This document shows positions 29,785 through 38,714 of a DNA stretch of 64,000 nucleotides, piece by piece. Within the stretch, counting starts at the first letter, position 1, and every line of letters begins with the position of its first letter. Source of the stretch: Spirochaetales bacterium Spiro_02 (lineage in GTDB: Bacteria; Spirochaetota; Spirochaetia; Sphaerochaetales; Sphaerochaetaceae). A program made the translations under genes and the position numbers. Below the pieces are notes generated by a model, which had not been told where the DNA came from, searched no databases, and saw only the letters and a program-made list of their open reading frames with translations. The DNA is taken from positions 17,793 through 81,792 of the forward strand of contig LVBD01000038.1 of assembly GCA_001604275.1 (NCBI GenBank). Direction: 5' to 3'.

Positions 29785-30429
29785 ATGCTGCGAAAGAGAA
29801 TCAATCAAAATCCGTTGAAGACGATGCTGGTGGTCACCGCCAGTGAGGCGGAAGCGCTGTATTTCTCCCAGATGCGCAAGGACTGCCGATATGCGAACTT
29901 GCATGTTCAGTGGGCTGGCGACGGAATCAAGAGCCTCGAGGATTTGATCCTGTATGCGGCGAAGCTGAGGACGAAAGGGAAGTTCGATTCGACATGGGTC
30001 ATGTTCGGCTTCGCCGATCTCGGAGTGAACGCCGCGCAAGTCAAGGCGGCGATGCCGTTGGCAGAAAGCAAGAAGGTCAGGCTCGTCTGGACCAATCCGT
30101 CCCTGCCGCTGTGGTTCCTGCTGCACCTGCAGGCTCCGAAAGGACCGATTGTCGATTCCTCGGTGATCGTGCGGGCGTTGGGCGGACCGTTGCCGGGATT
30201 CTCCGATGACGCAAGGTACCTGCTGACCGACGGAATGTCCTTGCATCTGAAGCTGTATCCCGCGAAGGCGAAGGCCGCGTTGAACGCAAGCTCGTACAAT
30301 GAAATCATGGAGCCGCGAACCGGTCTTCCAGCGACCAATATTCCTGCGCTTCTGAATGAGGTCAGCGATATCTGCGGTCTTGCGGACCTGTCGCACAACC
30401 AGAAGCTCGTAGGGATGAAGAACTCGTAG
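29785..30429 (+). CDS. RloB-like protein (Toprim-related partner of AAA_21 ATPases)
   Basis: The ATG at 29785 lies 1 nt after the ATPase stop, with GAGGAGG 6 nt upstream. Has MLVVTASEAEALYF, WVMFGFAD and WTNPSLPLWFLLHL blocks, which match my recollection of the RloB family pattern. Confidence 0.62.
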   Translation: MLRKRINQNPLKTMLVVTASEAEALYFSQMRKDCRYANLHVQWAGDGIKSLEDLILYAAKLRTKGKFDSTWVMFGFADLGVNAAQVKAAMPLAESKKVRLVWTNPSLPLWFLLHLQAPKGPIVDSSVIVRALGGPLPGFSDDARYLLTDGMSLHLKLYPAKAKAALNASSYNEIMEPRTGLPATNIPALLNEVSDICGLADLSHNQKLVGMKNS

Positions 30430-30431
30430 AC

Positions 30432-31316
30432 ATGGCCGGTCTGACTCTGTTCATGTACATGATCTCGTTTGCCCTGGGGTGCATGACCCTGGGGCTTTCG
30501 ATCGTATATCACATGCGTTCCCCGTTCGCGTGGACAAAATACTACATCGTCTTCCATTCGTCGTTGCTCGGTTGCATGATGCTGCTGGCGCTACAGGTTT
30601 TCTCCAAGGTATTTCTTTCGGGGCTCGCGTCCGTCGTCGTCGGCTATGTGATTCGCGGCGTGTTCCTGATCGACGTGACCTTTCTGGTCGTTTTCATTCC
30701 GTATTTCACCACGTGGGTCATCGCCCACCCATGGAGGAACCCGTACAAGGCGCTGTTCCTAACGCTTGCGGGGTGCTATCTTGTGCTGGGAGTCCTGGAT
30801 CTGTTCGTCCAGTTCAGCTGGATGGATCCCGCGATGGTCCTATTGTTCGCGTTCGATCTGTTCTTCTGCATCGGAGTGATCCTCAAGAACTTGAAGTCGA
30901 TCGATAACAAGGATGTGCGCGCCGTTTGCATCGCAATCATCATCGTGTCGTTCTCGATGCTTCCCGCCATGGCTGTGACGTTGGTCTGGCCGGTGCTCAA
31001 GAGCATCATCTACCCGATCTTCTTTCTGGCGTTCTCCGTGACGATCCTCACATTCCTGTTCATCGCATTCTCACGGATGTCGGCTCCGGGGCGGAGCAGG
31101 CCGGAGCTCACGATGGAACAGCTGTCCCAGTATCATATCACGGACCGTGAGTTCTCCGTGATCCAGCTGATATCCGGCGGCATGACCAACAAGGAAATTG
31201 CGGCGGAGCTGGGCATCTCCGCCAATACGGTGAACAACCATATCGCCAATATCTTTACCAAGACAAAAGTCCGTAGCAGGATCGACCTGCTGAATCTGCT
31301 CAAGGAATCCTGGTAG
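30432..31316 (+). CDS. Membrane-anchored LuxR-family regulator (about 7 TM segments plus C-terminal HTH)
   Basis: The first roughly 215 aa are hydrophobic helices. The C-terminus ITDREFSVIQLISGGMTNKEIAAELGISANTVNNHIANIFTKTKVRSR is a GerE/LuxR HTH. The start is 2 nt after the RloB-like stop. Confidence 0.8.
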   Translation: MAGLTLFMYMISFALGCMTLGLSIVYHMRSPFAWTKYYIVFHSSLLGCMMLLALQVFSKVFLSGLASVVVGYVIRGVFLIDVTFLVVFIPYFTTWVIAHPWRNPYKALFLTLAGCYLVLGVLDLFVQFSWMDPAMVLLFAFDLFFCIGVILKNLKSIDNKDVRAVCIAIIIVSFSMLPAMAVTLVWPVLKSIIYPIFFLAFSVTILTFLFIAFSRMSAPGRSRPELTMEQLSQYHITDREFSVIQLISGGMTNKEIAAELGISANTVNNHIANIFTKTKVRSRIDLLNLLKESW

Positions 31317-31335
31317 CGGACGGGAGGAGCGTTCG

Positions 31336-32190
31336 ATGCATATCAGTTACGAAATGCCAGACTATACCCGGGGCCACTATCAGGACAAGGCTCCTGTTCG
31401 GCTTTGCGCCCGTCCGTGGAAAATGCTGCATCCTCAGACTCCTTCCTGCGCGGTGCTCTGCCTGCACGGCTATGCAGGGTATCCGGGGGAACTGGTCCGT
31501 CCTGGAACGGATCTCTACGACGAGGGATTCGACGTGTTCGCCATCCGTTATCCTGGCAATGGAACCAGCGGCGCCGATTTCGCCGCGACCACCAGGGAGG
31601 ATTGGATCGGGACCGCATACGATGCATGCAAGGATTTGTCCGGCCGGTATGAAAATCTGTATCTGGTGGGGCATTCCATGGGAGGCGCCATGGCAGTGTT
31701 GCTCGCCGATGCGTTCAAGCTCGACCGAATGGTTCTGCTGGCTCCCGGCCTGATCATCCCATCGCTATCGATGGGCAAGCTACGCCTCGCCCGTCTGTTG
31801 CGAGGGAACAAGCCGATCCCCACGCCTTGGCAGCCCAATCCGGAATACCGGATGTTCTACGAAGGCGCGCCGGACGACGACGCCTACCTCGGTTCCCAAT
31901 ATTGGTCATGGCTGTATCCGAAGCAGTTGATGGAACTTGAGAAGTTGCGTCGGATGGCCGTGGCCGCGCTGGATGATTTGTCCGCGGATACGCTGGTGGT
32001 CGTCGGCGGCAAGGACGGCATCGTTCCTCCTCAGGTCGCCGACCTTGTCCTGAACACAGCGAAGGGGAACAACCGCAAGCTGATGATCGAAGGCTGTACC
32101 CATCTGATCCAATACGATAAGGACCCCGAAGCAAGGGACGCCGCGATGAGGGCGACGGTCTCATGGCTCGCCGGTCGTTATTCCGATTGA
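31336..32190 (+). CDS. Alpha/beta hydrolase (lysophospholipase/carboxylesterase-like)
   Basis: LCLHGYAGYPGEL and the nucleophile elbow GHSMGG. RBS GGGAGGAG. Confidence 0.8.
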   Translation: MHISYEMPDYTRGHYQDKAPVRLCARPWKMLHPQTPSCAVLCLHGYAGYPGELVRPGTDLYDEGFDVFAIRYPGNGTSGADFAATTREDWIGTAYDACKDLSGRYENLYLVGHSMGGAMAVLLADAFKLDRMVLLAPGLIIPSLSMGKLRLARLLRGNKPIPTPWQPNPEYRMFYEGAPDDDAYLGSQYWSWLYPKQLMELEKLRRMAVAALDDLSADTLVVVGGKDGIVPPQVADLVLNTAKGNNRKLMIEGCTHLIQYDKDPEARDAAMRATVSWLAGRYSD

Positions 32191-32203
32191 CAGGAGGTGT
32201 CCC

Positions 32204-32530
32204 ATGAAGCTGATCCTCGCCATCGTGTATGCCGCTGATGAATCCGATACCGTCGCCGAACTGACGAAGGCCGGATTTTTCGTAACGAAGCTTTCCACTG
32301 TCGGCGGGTTTCTCCAGACGAAAAGTACGACGTTGCTGGTCGGAACGGACGATGAAAAAGTGGAGGCTGCGATCGACATCATTAGGAAATTCGCAGGCAG
32401 GAGGATGGAACTTCGTCCAGCTTCCCCGTCCAATTCAGGAGCGTCGTTCGTAGTCCCGAACCTTGTTGATTCGCCAGTGGGCGGAAGCACCGTTTTCGTC
32501 ATGGATATCGAACGGTTCGAGAAACTGTAA
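32204..32530 (+). CDS. darA: PII-like cyclic-di-AMP receptor (DarA/YaaQ/PstA family)
   Basis: MKLILAIVYAADESDTVAELTKAGFFVTKLSTVGGFLQTKSTTLLVGTDDEKV...GGSTVFVMDIERFEKL is collinear with B. subtilis YaaQ as I recall it. Confidence 0.78.
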   Translation: MKLILAIVYAADESDTVAELTKAGFFVTKLSTVGGFLQTKSTTLLVGTDDEKVEAAIDIIRKFAGRRMELRPASPSNSGASFVVPNLVDSPVGGSTVFVMDIERFEKL

Positions 32531-32550
32531 CCTGCGACCGCTTCGATTGT

Positions 32551-34254
32551 ATGTCTGGACGATACTCGGAGGCGGACATGTCAGGCAGAAAAGTTCGGAA
32601 TCTCGGTTTTTTCGCAGGGCCTGCCCTGCTGGCGCTTTCCGCGATACTTGCTTCCCTGGCATTCCCGAATCCTGTGTCGGAGAAGGGATGGAGCTATCTT
32701 GCTTTCATTTCTTTGGTTCCTATGTTCTTTGTCGTGGACAAGGCCTCGTGGAAGAGCATATGGCTCGACGGCTTTGTCTACGGGTTCGTCTTCTACCTCG
32801 TCTACAACTATTGGCTCAAGACTTTCCATCCGCTGGCGATCCTGATCGCTCCGATTCTAGAATCGTTGCAGTATCTGTTGCTGCTTCCGTTGCTCAAGGC
32901 GGCGAATTCCCTCTATCGTAGGCGCGGGTATCTCGCCCAGACGGTCTGCTATGTCGGGTATCTTTATCTGACGCAGCAGGGATTCCTCGGCTATCCCTAC
33001 GGGAACATCTCGGCGGCGCTATGGAATCGTCCGCTGTTGATCCAGACGGCTTCGATCTTCGGCATCTGGGGAATCTGTCTGATGCTGGTACTTCCCCAGA
33101 CCTTCGTTGCGCAACGGCTGGCGAAGCGGCAGGACGGGCAGTTGCGGACATTCCGTACCGATGGTATCGTCTACGGAACGCTTGCGCTCGCTTGCCTTGC
33201 CTTCGGTGCCGTGACCTTGCATTGGTATGATACCGCCGAACCGGAGCGGACGATGCGCATCGCCACGGTACAGCATTCGGCCGACAGCTGGAAAGGCGGC
33301 TATGCTACATATGAGCGGAATTTCGAGACCTTGTCTTCGTTGACGCTTGAGGCGATGGAGGAATCGCCCGACATGGTCGTGTGGTCGGAGACGGCGTTCG
33401 TTCCATCCGTTGCCTGGCATACGGCATATCCATCCAATGCCATGGCGTCGAAGCTGTGCGACAGGTTCGTCGATTTTGGAAAGGGCCTGTCGGTACCGCT
33501 CGTCACAGGAAACCCTGAAGGACTGATCAAGGACGAGACGATTCCTGCGATTCTTCCCGACGGCTCCTGGAACTGGAAGACCTACAATACGGTGATTCTG
33601 TTCGGGGAAGGCGACATCCTCGGTACCTATCGCAAGCAACGACTGGTTCCGTTCACCGAACACTTCCCATATGAGAAGCAGTTTCCCTGGTTGTATCGGC
33701 TTTTGCTTGCCAACGACTACAAATGGTGGGAGAAGGGGACGGAGGCGACGGTCTTCGGTTGGGACGGACTGGCATTCTCCACGCCGATCTGCTTCGAGGA
33801 TACTTTCGGATATCTGAACGCCGCATTCGTACGAAACGGAGCCGATCTGTTGATGAATCTTACCAACGACAGCTGGTCTGGGGCTGTCGCCGCCCAGATG
33901 CAGCATATGCAGCTATCCGTGTTCCGTGCCGTAGAAAACCGCCGGCCGCTGCTTCGAAGCACCAACAGCGGCATGACCTGTCTTGTACTGCCCTCTGGGC
34001 GGGTGATCGATATCCAGGAGCCGTTCACGGAGTCATGGCACATCTACGATGTGCCGATCGGGCAACGGGAGGGGCTGACATTCTATACCGAACATCCCGA
34101 TTTCCTTGGAAAAGTATGCTTGTTCCTGTCGCCCGTCACGTTGCTGGCAGGAGCCATCGCAACTGTCCGAAGACGAAAGGCGAGCCGAATCGAGGCGCTG
34201 TACGTCCGCTACGAAGGGTTGTTCGAGAAGATGGATGAACGGTGCGAGTGCTGA
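32551..34254 (+). CDS. lnt: Apolipoprotein N-acyltransferase
   Basis: N-terminal multi-TM region plus a CN-hydrolase domain (WSETAF, YRKQRLVPFTEHFPY, ICFEDTF). Confidence 0.9.
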   Translation: MSGRYSEADMSGRKVRNLGFFAGPALLALSAILASLAFPNPVSEKGWSYLAFISLVPMFFVVDKASWKSIWLDGFVYGFVFYLVYNYWLKTFHPLAILIAPILESLQYLLLLPLLKAANSLYRRRGYLAQTVCYVGYLYLTQQGFLGYPYGNISAALWNRPLLIQTASIFGIWGICLMLVLPQTFVAQRLAKRQDGQLRTFRTDGIVYGTLALACLAFGAVTLHWYDTAEPERTMRIATVQHSADSWKGGYATYERNFETLSSLTLEAMEESPDMVVWSETAFVPSVAWHTAYPSNAMASKLCDRFVDFGKGLSVPLVTGNPEGLIKDETIPAILPDGSWNWKTYNTVILFGEGDILGTYRKQRLVPFTEHFPYEKQFPWLYRLLLANDYKWWEKGTEATVFGWDGLAFSTPICFEDTFGYLNAAFVRNGADLLMNLTNDSWSGAVAAQMQHMQLSVFRAVENRRPLLRSTNSGMTCLVLPSGRVIDIQEPFTESWHIYDVPIGQREGLTFYTEHPDFLGKVCLFLSPVTLLAGAIATVRRRKASRIEALYVRYEGLFEKMDERCEC

Positions 34255-34328
34255 AATGAAGGTGTATGACAAGGCCGCTTCGAATTTTTCAAACCGGCCT
34301 TGTCATCATCAGGTTCCGTCGAAGGGCG

Positions 34329-35447
34329 TCAATGGCAATGGCATTCGTCCTCGGAGCCTTTGTAGTATCGTCCGACCGCGTCGGCTGCCATGATGGCGGC
34401 ATAGACGGTCTCTGGGGAGACAGGGAACGGCATGTTGTGCAACGTGTCGGTGTCGGCGCAGGCGAGTTTCGCCACTTCCATGATCTGCTCCGGCTTGACG
34501 GTCTTGATCCCGAGATCGGCGAGCGTTACCGGCAGACCAACTTCCAGGCAGAATCCGACGACCTCTTCGAGTTCCTCCGTTTCGACATTCTCCAGCATCA
34601 GCTGGCAGAGCGTGCCGAAAGCGACCTTTTCGCCATGGTAGAACGCATGGGTTTCTTCGATGGCGGTGAATCCGTTATGGATGGCATGAGCCGCCGCAAG
34701 GCCGCCGCTTTCGAATCCGACACCGCTGAGGAATGTGTTCGCCTCTATGATGTTCTCGACGGCTTTCGTGCAGACATGCTGTTCGACGGCGAGTTTCGCC
34801 TTGACTCCATTCGCAAGGAGGGTATCGTAGCACAGCCGAGCGAGCGCCATGGCGGAAAGCGAGCAGGTTCCCCCTACGCAGTTCCCGGCATTGGAGCGCT
34901 GGCATGCCCGGGCCTCGAAGTAGGTTGCGAGCGCATCCCCCATGCCGGCGACGAGCAGGCGTTCCGGAGCTGCGGCGATGATATCGGAATCCATGATCAC
35001 CGCATTGGGGTTGGAAGGCAGGAACAGATAGCTTTCGAACACGCCGTCGTCGGTGTAGATGACGGAAAGCGCGCTACATGGTGCGTCTGTCGATGCGATG
35101 GTCGGGACGATTACCACGGGAAGCTTCGCATGATACGCCACCGCCTTCGCAGTGTCCAGCGTCTTGCCTCCGCCGACACCGACGATCACGTCCGAACCGT
35201 TTTTCTTGACTGATTCCACGATCCTGTTGATTTCATTGGTGCTGCATTCCCTGTTGAATTCCTCCCACACGATCTTCGTCCCGGTTCCTTCGAGCCCTGC
35301 TTCGATCATGCCTCCGACCCGTTTCCTTCCTGACGGCGTGATCAACACCAGCAATTGGTTCCCCAGCGGGGCCGTATACTTCGCGAGATGCTTCAGCGCG
35401 CCTCGTTCCTGAATGTACCTTCCGGGACTTCCAATAATCGTAGCCAT
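34329..35447 (-). CDS. gldA: Glycerol dehydrogenase
   Basis: Iron-containing ADH fold with GVGGGKTLDTAKA and ...HAIHNGFT.... The ORF is trimmed to MATIIGSPGRYIQ (ATG at 35447), with AAGGAG 10 nt upstream. Confidence 0.9.
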   Translation of the reverse strand: MATIIGSPGRYIQERGALKHLAKYTAPLGNQLLVLITPSGRKRVGGMIEAGLEGTGTKIVWEEFNRECSTNEINRIVESVKKNGSDVIVGVGGGKTLDTAKAVAYHAKLPVVIVPTIASTDAPCSALSVIYTDDGVFESYLFLPSNPNAVIMDSDIIAAAPERLLVAGMGDALATYFEARACQRSNAGNCVGGTCSLSAMALARLCYDTLLANGVKAKLAVEQHVCTKAVENIIEANTFLSGVGFESGGLAAAHAIHNGFTAIEETHAFYHGEKVAFGTLCQLMLENVETEELEEVVGFCLEVGLPVTLADLGIKTVKPEQIMEVAKLACADTDTLHNMPFPVSPETVYAAIMAADAVGRYYKGSEDECHCH

Positions 35448-35652
35448 GTTCGTATATCTCCTTGTTCGTGCGCCGGATTCCCCCCATGCCGATGCGAGGG
35501 TGCTTTGTCCGGCATTTGAAATCGATATAAATATACTTATTTGTCTTGAAAAGGTACAGTACGTTTCGCAAATTGGGCAAATAAAGATGGGAGAATGCAA
35601 GTTTTTTGCAATATGTACGCAAGAAATTTGCTGTATTATTGATATAACTGTA

Positions 35653-35667
35653 CAATTATTATAATTG
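35653..35667. promoter_or_regulatory. 15-bp palindrome in the AT-rich gldA upstream region
   Basis: CAATTAT-T-ATAATTG. Confidence 0.3.
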
Positions 35668-35680
35668 ATTCGTTATATAT

Positions 35681-35696
35681 TGTGAATAATATCACA
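35681..35696. promoter_or_regulatory. CRP-type binding-site candidate
   Basis: TGTGA-ATAATA-TCACA, a perfect match to the classical TGTGA-N6-TCACA half-site arrangement, about 235 nt upstream of the gldA ATG. Confidence 0.4.
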
Positions 35697-35743
35697 TTAT
35701 TACTGATGCCTGGTCTCGATTCCGGAGAAGGGGATGCGGTTAT

Positions 35744-37048
35744 TCATTTGTCGAGCAAAGCGGCCGCAACCTGCGTGTCGATTCCCGCGGCAAGATCTTC
35801 GAGGTTCGTTTTCGCAATGATGTCCGGCTCCAGGGAGCCTCCTTTCGACGTGCCGTCCATAGTAAAGAATTTCGTCGAATACGTAGCGCGAATTCCGGAA
35901 TTCGGAAGCACAAGATATTTGACCTCCCCGAAGTGATTCGCGCTGCCGCCGGTAGGCGTCCCGACCAGTCTGCTGTCGGTACGCCGCTTGAGTTGTATGG
36001 CGTTCAGCAGCGCCGAGGAGAACGTGCCCTCGCCGATCAGGACGTCGATCGAGAATCCTTGCTGTCTCTGCTGTTCCCTCAATCCGTCGATCATCGGCTC
36101 AAAGAGCCGGGAGTCGCCTCCGCCATTGTACCGCAGATCCACGATGATTTTTTTCGGCCTTTGTTCCTTGATAAAGTCCAGAACTCGCGCCGTGAATACT
36201 TCGATCGGCATCGCATCCCAGGACCTGCAGGCGTTGTATTGAACGAATAGGACATCGTCCGCGATCGTCAGCGCCCGATACAGGTCGCTGGATTGCCCGG
36301 TAGGAGGTAACGTCGAGACCCATGACGCCATGTCCAACTCATGGAACTCCTCTCGTGGAATCGGGGTGAATCTGACTTCTTCCGGCAGTTCGCCATGGTG
36401 GCGGACGACAGTCATCCGCAGATCTTCGTCGCCGTTTTCTGCGATCCCGAGATATACATATGTATCGACGATGTTCAGTAGCTGGGCAACCTGAAGACGC
36501 ATCCATGTTTCGTTGTCATGGCTCACCAATTTGGAAGCCCCGGCTACCACTTCTTCCATCGGAATCCCGTTGACTGTCAATACGGTCGCACCGAGAATAT
36601 CCGCGTTGGATGCCTCTGCTACCATGATCGTCCATACTCCGTCCATCGACTGCAGTTGCACCGGGATGGCTTTGATTTCAGCCAGTATCCGCGGAGACAT
36701 TCCCACCATGGTATGGGAATCTCCCGCCAGTGCTGCGAGTTCTCGAAGCGCAAAGAAAAACTCCGTTTCCGTCATGTGTTCTACAGCAGGTAGAAGACGT
36801 TCGCATGTCCTGTAGTATGTTTCCGAGGGCGTTTGGGAAAAAAGGTCGCGATGCCTCTTCGGTAGTTCGGTGCAAAAGAACTTGAAGTCTGCGATGCGGG
36901 GTGTATCGATTTCGGATGGAACGAGCGCTGCCGGAATCGATCCGGTCCCTGAAACGCCCGATGTGGCGCATCCCGTCACCGTGGCGATCAGAAGCGAGGC
37001 CAGGACGATCGCCACCAGCATGGTCGATGGAAAATTTCTCCGTTTCAT
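35744..37048 (-). CDS. S41-family peptidase lipoprotein
   Basis: The ORF is trimmed to MKRRNFPSTMLVAIVLASLLIATVTGC (lipobox). The C-terminal half has IVDLRYNGGGDS and GTPTGG blocks of Peptidase_S41. Confidence 0.78.
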   Translation of the reverse strand: MKRRNFPSTMLVAIVLASLLIATVTGCATSGVSGTGSIPAALVPSEIDTPRIADFKFFCTELPKRHRDLFSQTPSETYYRTCERLLPAVEHMTETEFFFALRELAALAGDSHTMVGMSPRILAEIKAIPVQLQSMDGVWTIMVAEASNADILGATVLTVNGIPMEEVVAGASKLVSHDNETWMRLQVAQLLNIVDTYVYLGIAENGDEDLRMTVVRHHGELPEEVRFTPIPREEFHELDMASWVSTLPPTGQSSDLYRALTIADDVLFVQYNACRSWDAMPIEVFTARVLDFIKEQRPKKIIVDLRYNGGGDSRLFEPMIDGLREQQRQQGFSIDVLIGEGTFSSALLNAIQLKRRTDSRLVGTPTGGSANHFGEVKYLVLPNSGIRATYSTKFFTMDGTSKGGSLEPDIIAKTNLEDLAAGIDTQVAAALLDK

Positions 37049-37220
37049 GGCGGTAGTATAGAATACTCGCTCGTATCGGGCAAGCTTCGGATGGAAAAAC
37101 ATGATGGGACGAAAAACTCTGCCTGATATCCGGGAAACGGTACCTTTACTTGCCATATTTCGGCGTTTGCTGTACAACTGTAACAACCGGAAGGTATGAA
37201 GAAATAGGAGTGGTATCCGT

Positions 37221-38714
37221 ATGGAAGTTCGAGTTCGGTATGCACCGTCTCCGACCGGTCTGCAGCATATCGGTGGGGTCCGGACCGCATTGTTCAACTA
37301 CTTTTTCGCCCGTGCGAACGGCGGAAAATTCATTCTCAGGGTAGAAGATACCGACCGGGAGCGGTATAGCGACGAGTCGTTGCAGGATCTGTTCGATACG
37401 CTCGAATGGCTCGGCATCACATGGGATGAAGGACCCGTCGTCGGCGGCCCCTACGGCCCGTATATCCAGAGCGAGCGATTCGACATCTATCGCAAGTATG
37501 CCGAACAGCTGGTGGCCGACGGGAAGGCTTATTACTGCTACTGCACTCCCGAACGGTTGGAGAAGCTTCGTGAAGAGCAGCAAGCCTCCAAGAGCGAGCA
37601 GCAGGGCTATGACCGGCACTGTCGGAATCTTACGGCGCAGCAGCGTGCGGACTATGAAGCGCAGGGGATCAGGCCCGTCATTCGCTTGAAAGTCCCGATG
37701 GACGGCAAGACGACGTTCCACGACGTCCTGATGGGGGACATCTCCCGGCGCAACCGCGATGTGAGCCCCGACCCGGTCCTGCTCAAAAGCGATGGATTTC
37801 CGACCTACCATCTGGCCAATGTCATCGACGATCATCTGATGCATATCACCCATATCATGCGTGCCCAGGAGTGGATTCCCTCCGGACCGTTGCATATTCT
37901 GCTATACGAAGCGTTCGGATGGGAGCCTCCGGTGTATTGTCATCTGCCGATGGTCATGGGCAAGGACGGACAGAAGCTTTCCAAGCGCCACGGTTCCACC
38001 AGCGTTCGCGACTTCCGTGCGAAGGGGTATTTGCCCGAGGCATTGATGAACTATGTGAGTCTTGTCGGATGGTCGTACGACGGCCAGACGGAGTTCTTTT
38101 CCAAAGAAGAGTTGGAAAAGGTGTTTTCGTTGGAAAAGATCAACAAAGCTCCCGGCGTGTTCGACTACAAGAAGCTCGACTGGTTCAACGGCCAGTACAT
38201 CAGACGGAAGAGCGACGCCGAACTTGCGCCGCTACTTGTCCCGTATCTGCAAGAGGCCGGCCTGGTCGATACTCCTCCCACTATCTCGCAGCAGGAGATT
38301 GTCGACAAAATGGTGCCGGTCATGAAGGAACGTCTGAAGGTCCTGTCCGATATCGTCGACCTGTCGCGGTTCCTGTTCGTTGTGCTTCCACCCCCTTCGG
38401 TCGAGGAACTGCTGCCGAAGAATCAGGATGCGGCGACTACTCTGAAGGCGCTGGAGGAGGGGTATGCGATCCTTCGTTCCGGCCTGGAGGACGAACTTTC
38501 GGATGAAACGATCGAACAGGCGCTCTCCGACCTCGCGGGCAAGCTCGCCATCAAGGTCAACGGTGTGTTCATGCCGATCCGCGTGGCTGTGACGGGAAGC
38601 TCGGTAAGCCCCCCGCTGTTCGATTCGATCAGACTGGTAGGTTTTGACAAGACATTCGCCCGCATTGAGCGGGCTATCGAAATACTGAAGGATGAGGTAC
38701 ACAAGAATGGCTGA
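37221..38714 (+). CDS. gltX: Glutamate--tRNA ligase
   Basis: RVRYAPSPTGLQHIGGVRTALFN (HIGH motif) and KLSKRHG (KMSKS motif). Confidence 0.95.
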   Translation: MEVRVRYAPSPTGLQHIGGVRTALFNYFFARANGGKFILRVEDTDRERYSDESLQDLFDTLEWLGITWDEGPVVGGPYGPYIQSERFDIYRKYAEQLVADGKAYYCYCTPERLEKLREEQQASKSEQQGYDRHCRNLTAQQRADYEAQGIRPVIRLKVPMDGKTTFHDVLMGDISRRNRDVSPDPVLLKSDGFPTYHLANVIDDHLMHITHIMRAQEWIPSGPLHILLYEAFGWEPPVYCHLPMVMGKDGQKLSKRHGSTSVRDFRAKGYLPEALMNYVSLVGWSYDGQTEFFSKEELEKVFSLEKINKAPGVFDYKKLDWFNGQYIRRKSDAELAPLLVPYLQEAGLVDTPPTISQQEIVDKMVPVMKERLKVLSDIVDLSRFLFVVLPPPSVEELLPKNQDAATTLKALEEGYAILRSGLEDELSDETIEQALSDLAGKLAIKVNGVFMPIRVAVTGSSVSPPLFDSIRLVGFDKTFARIERAIEILKDEVHKNG

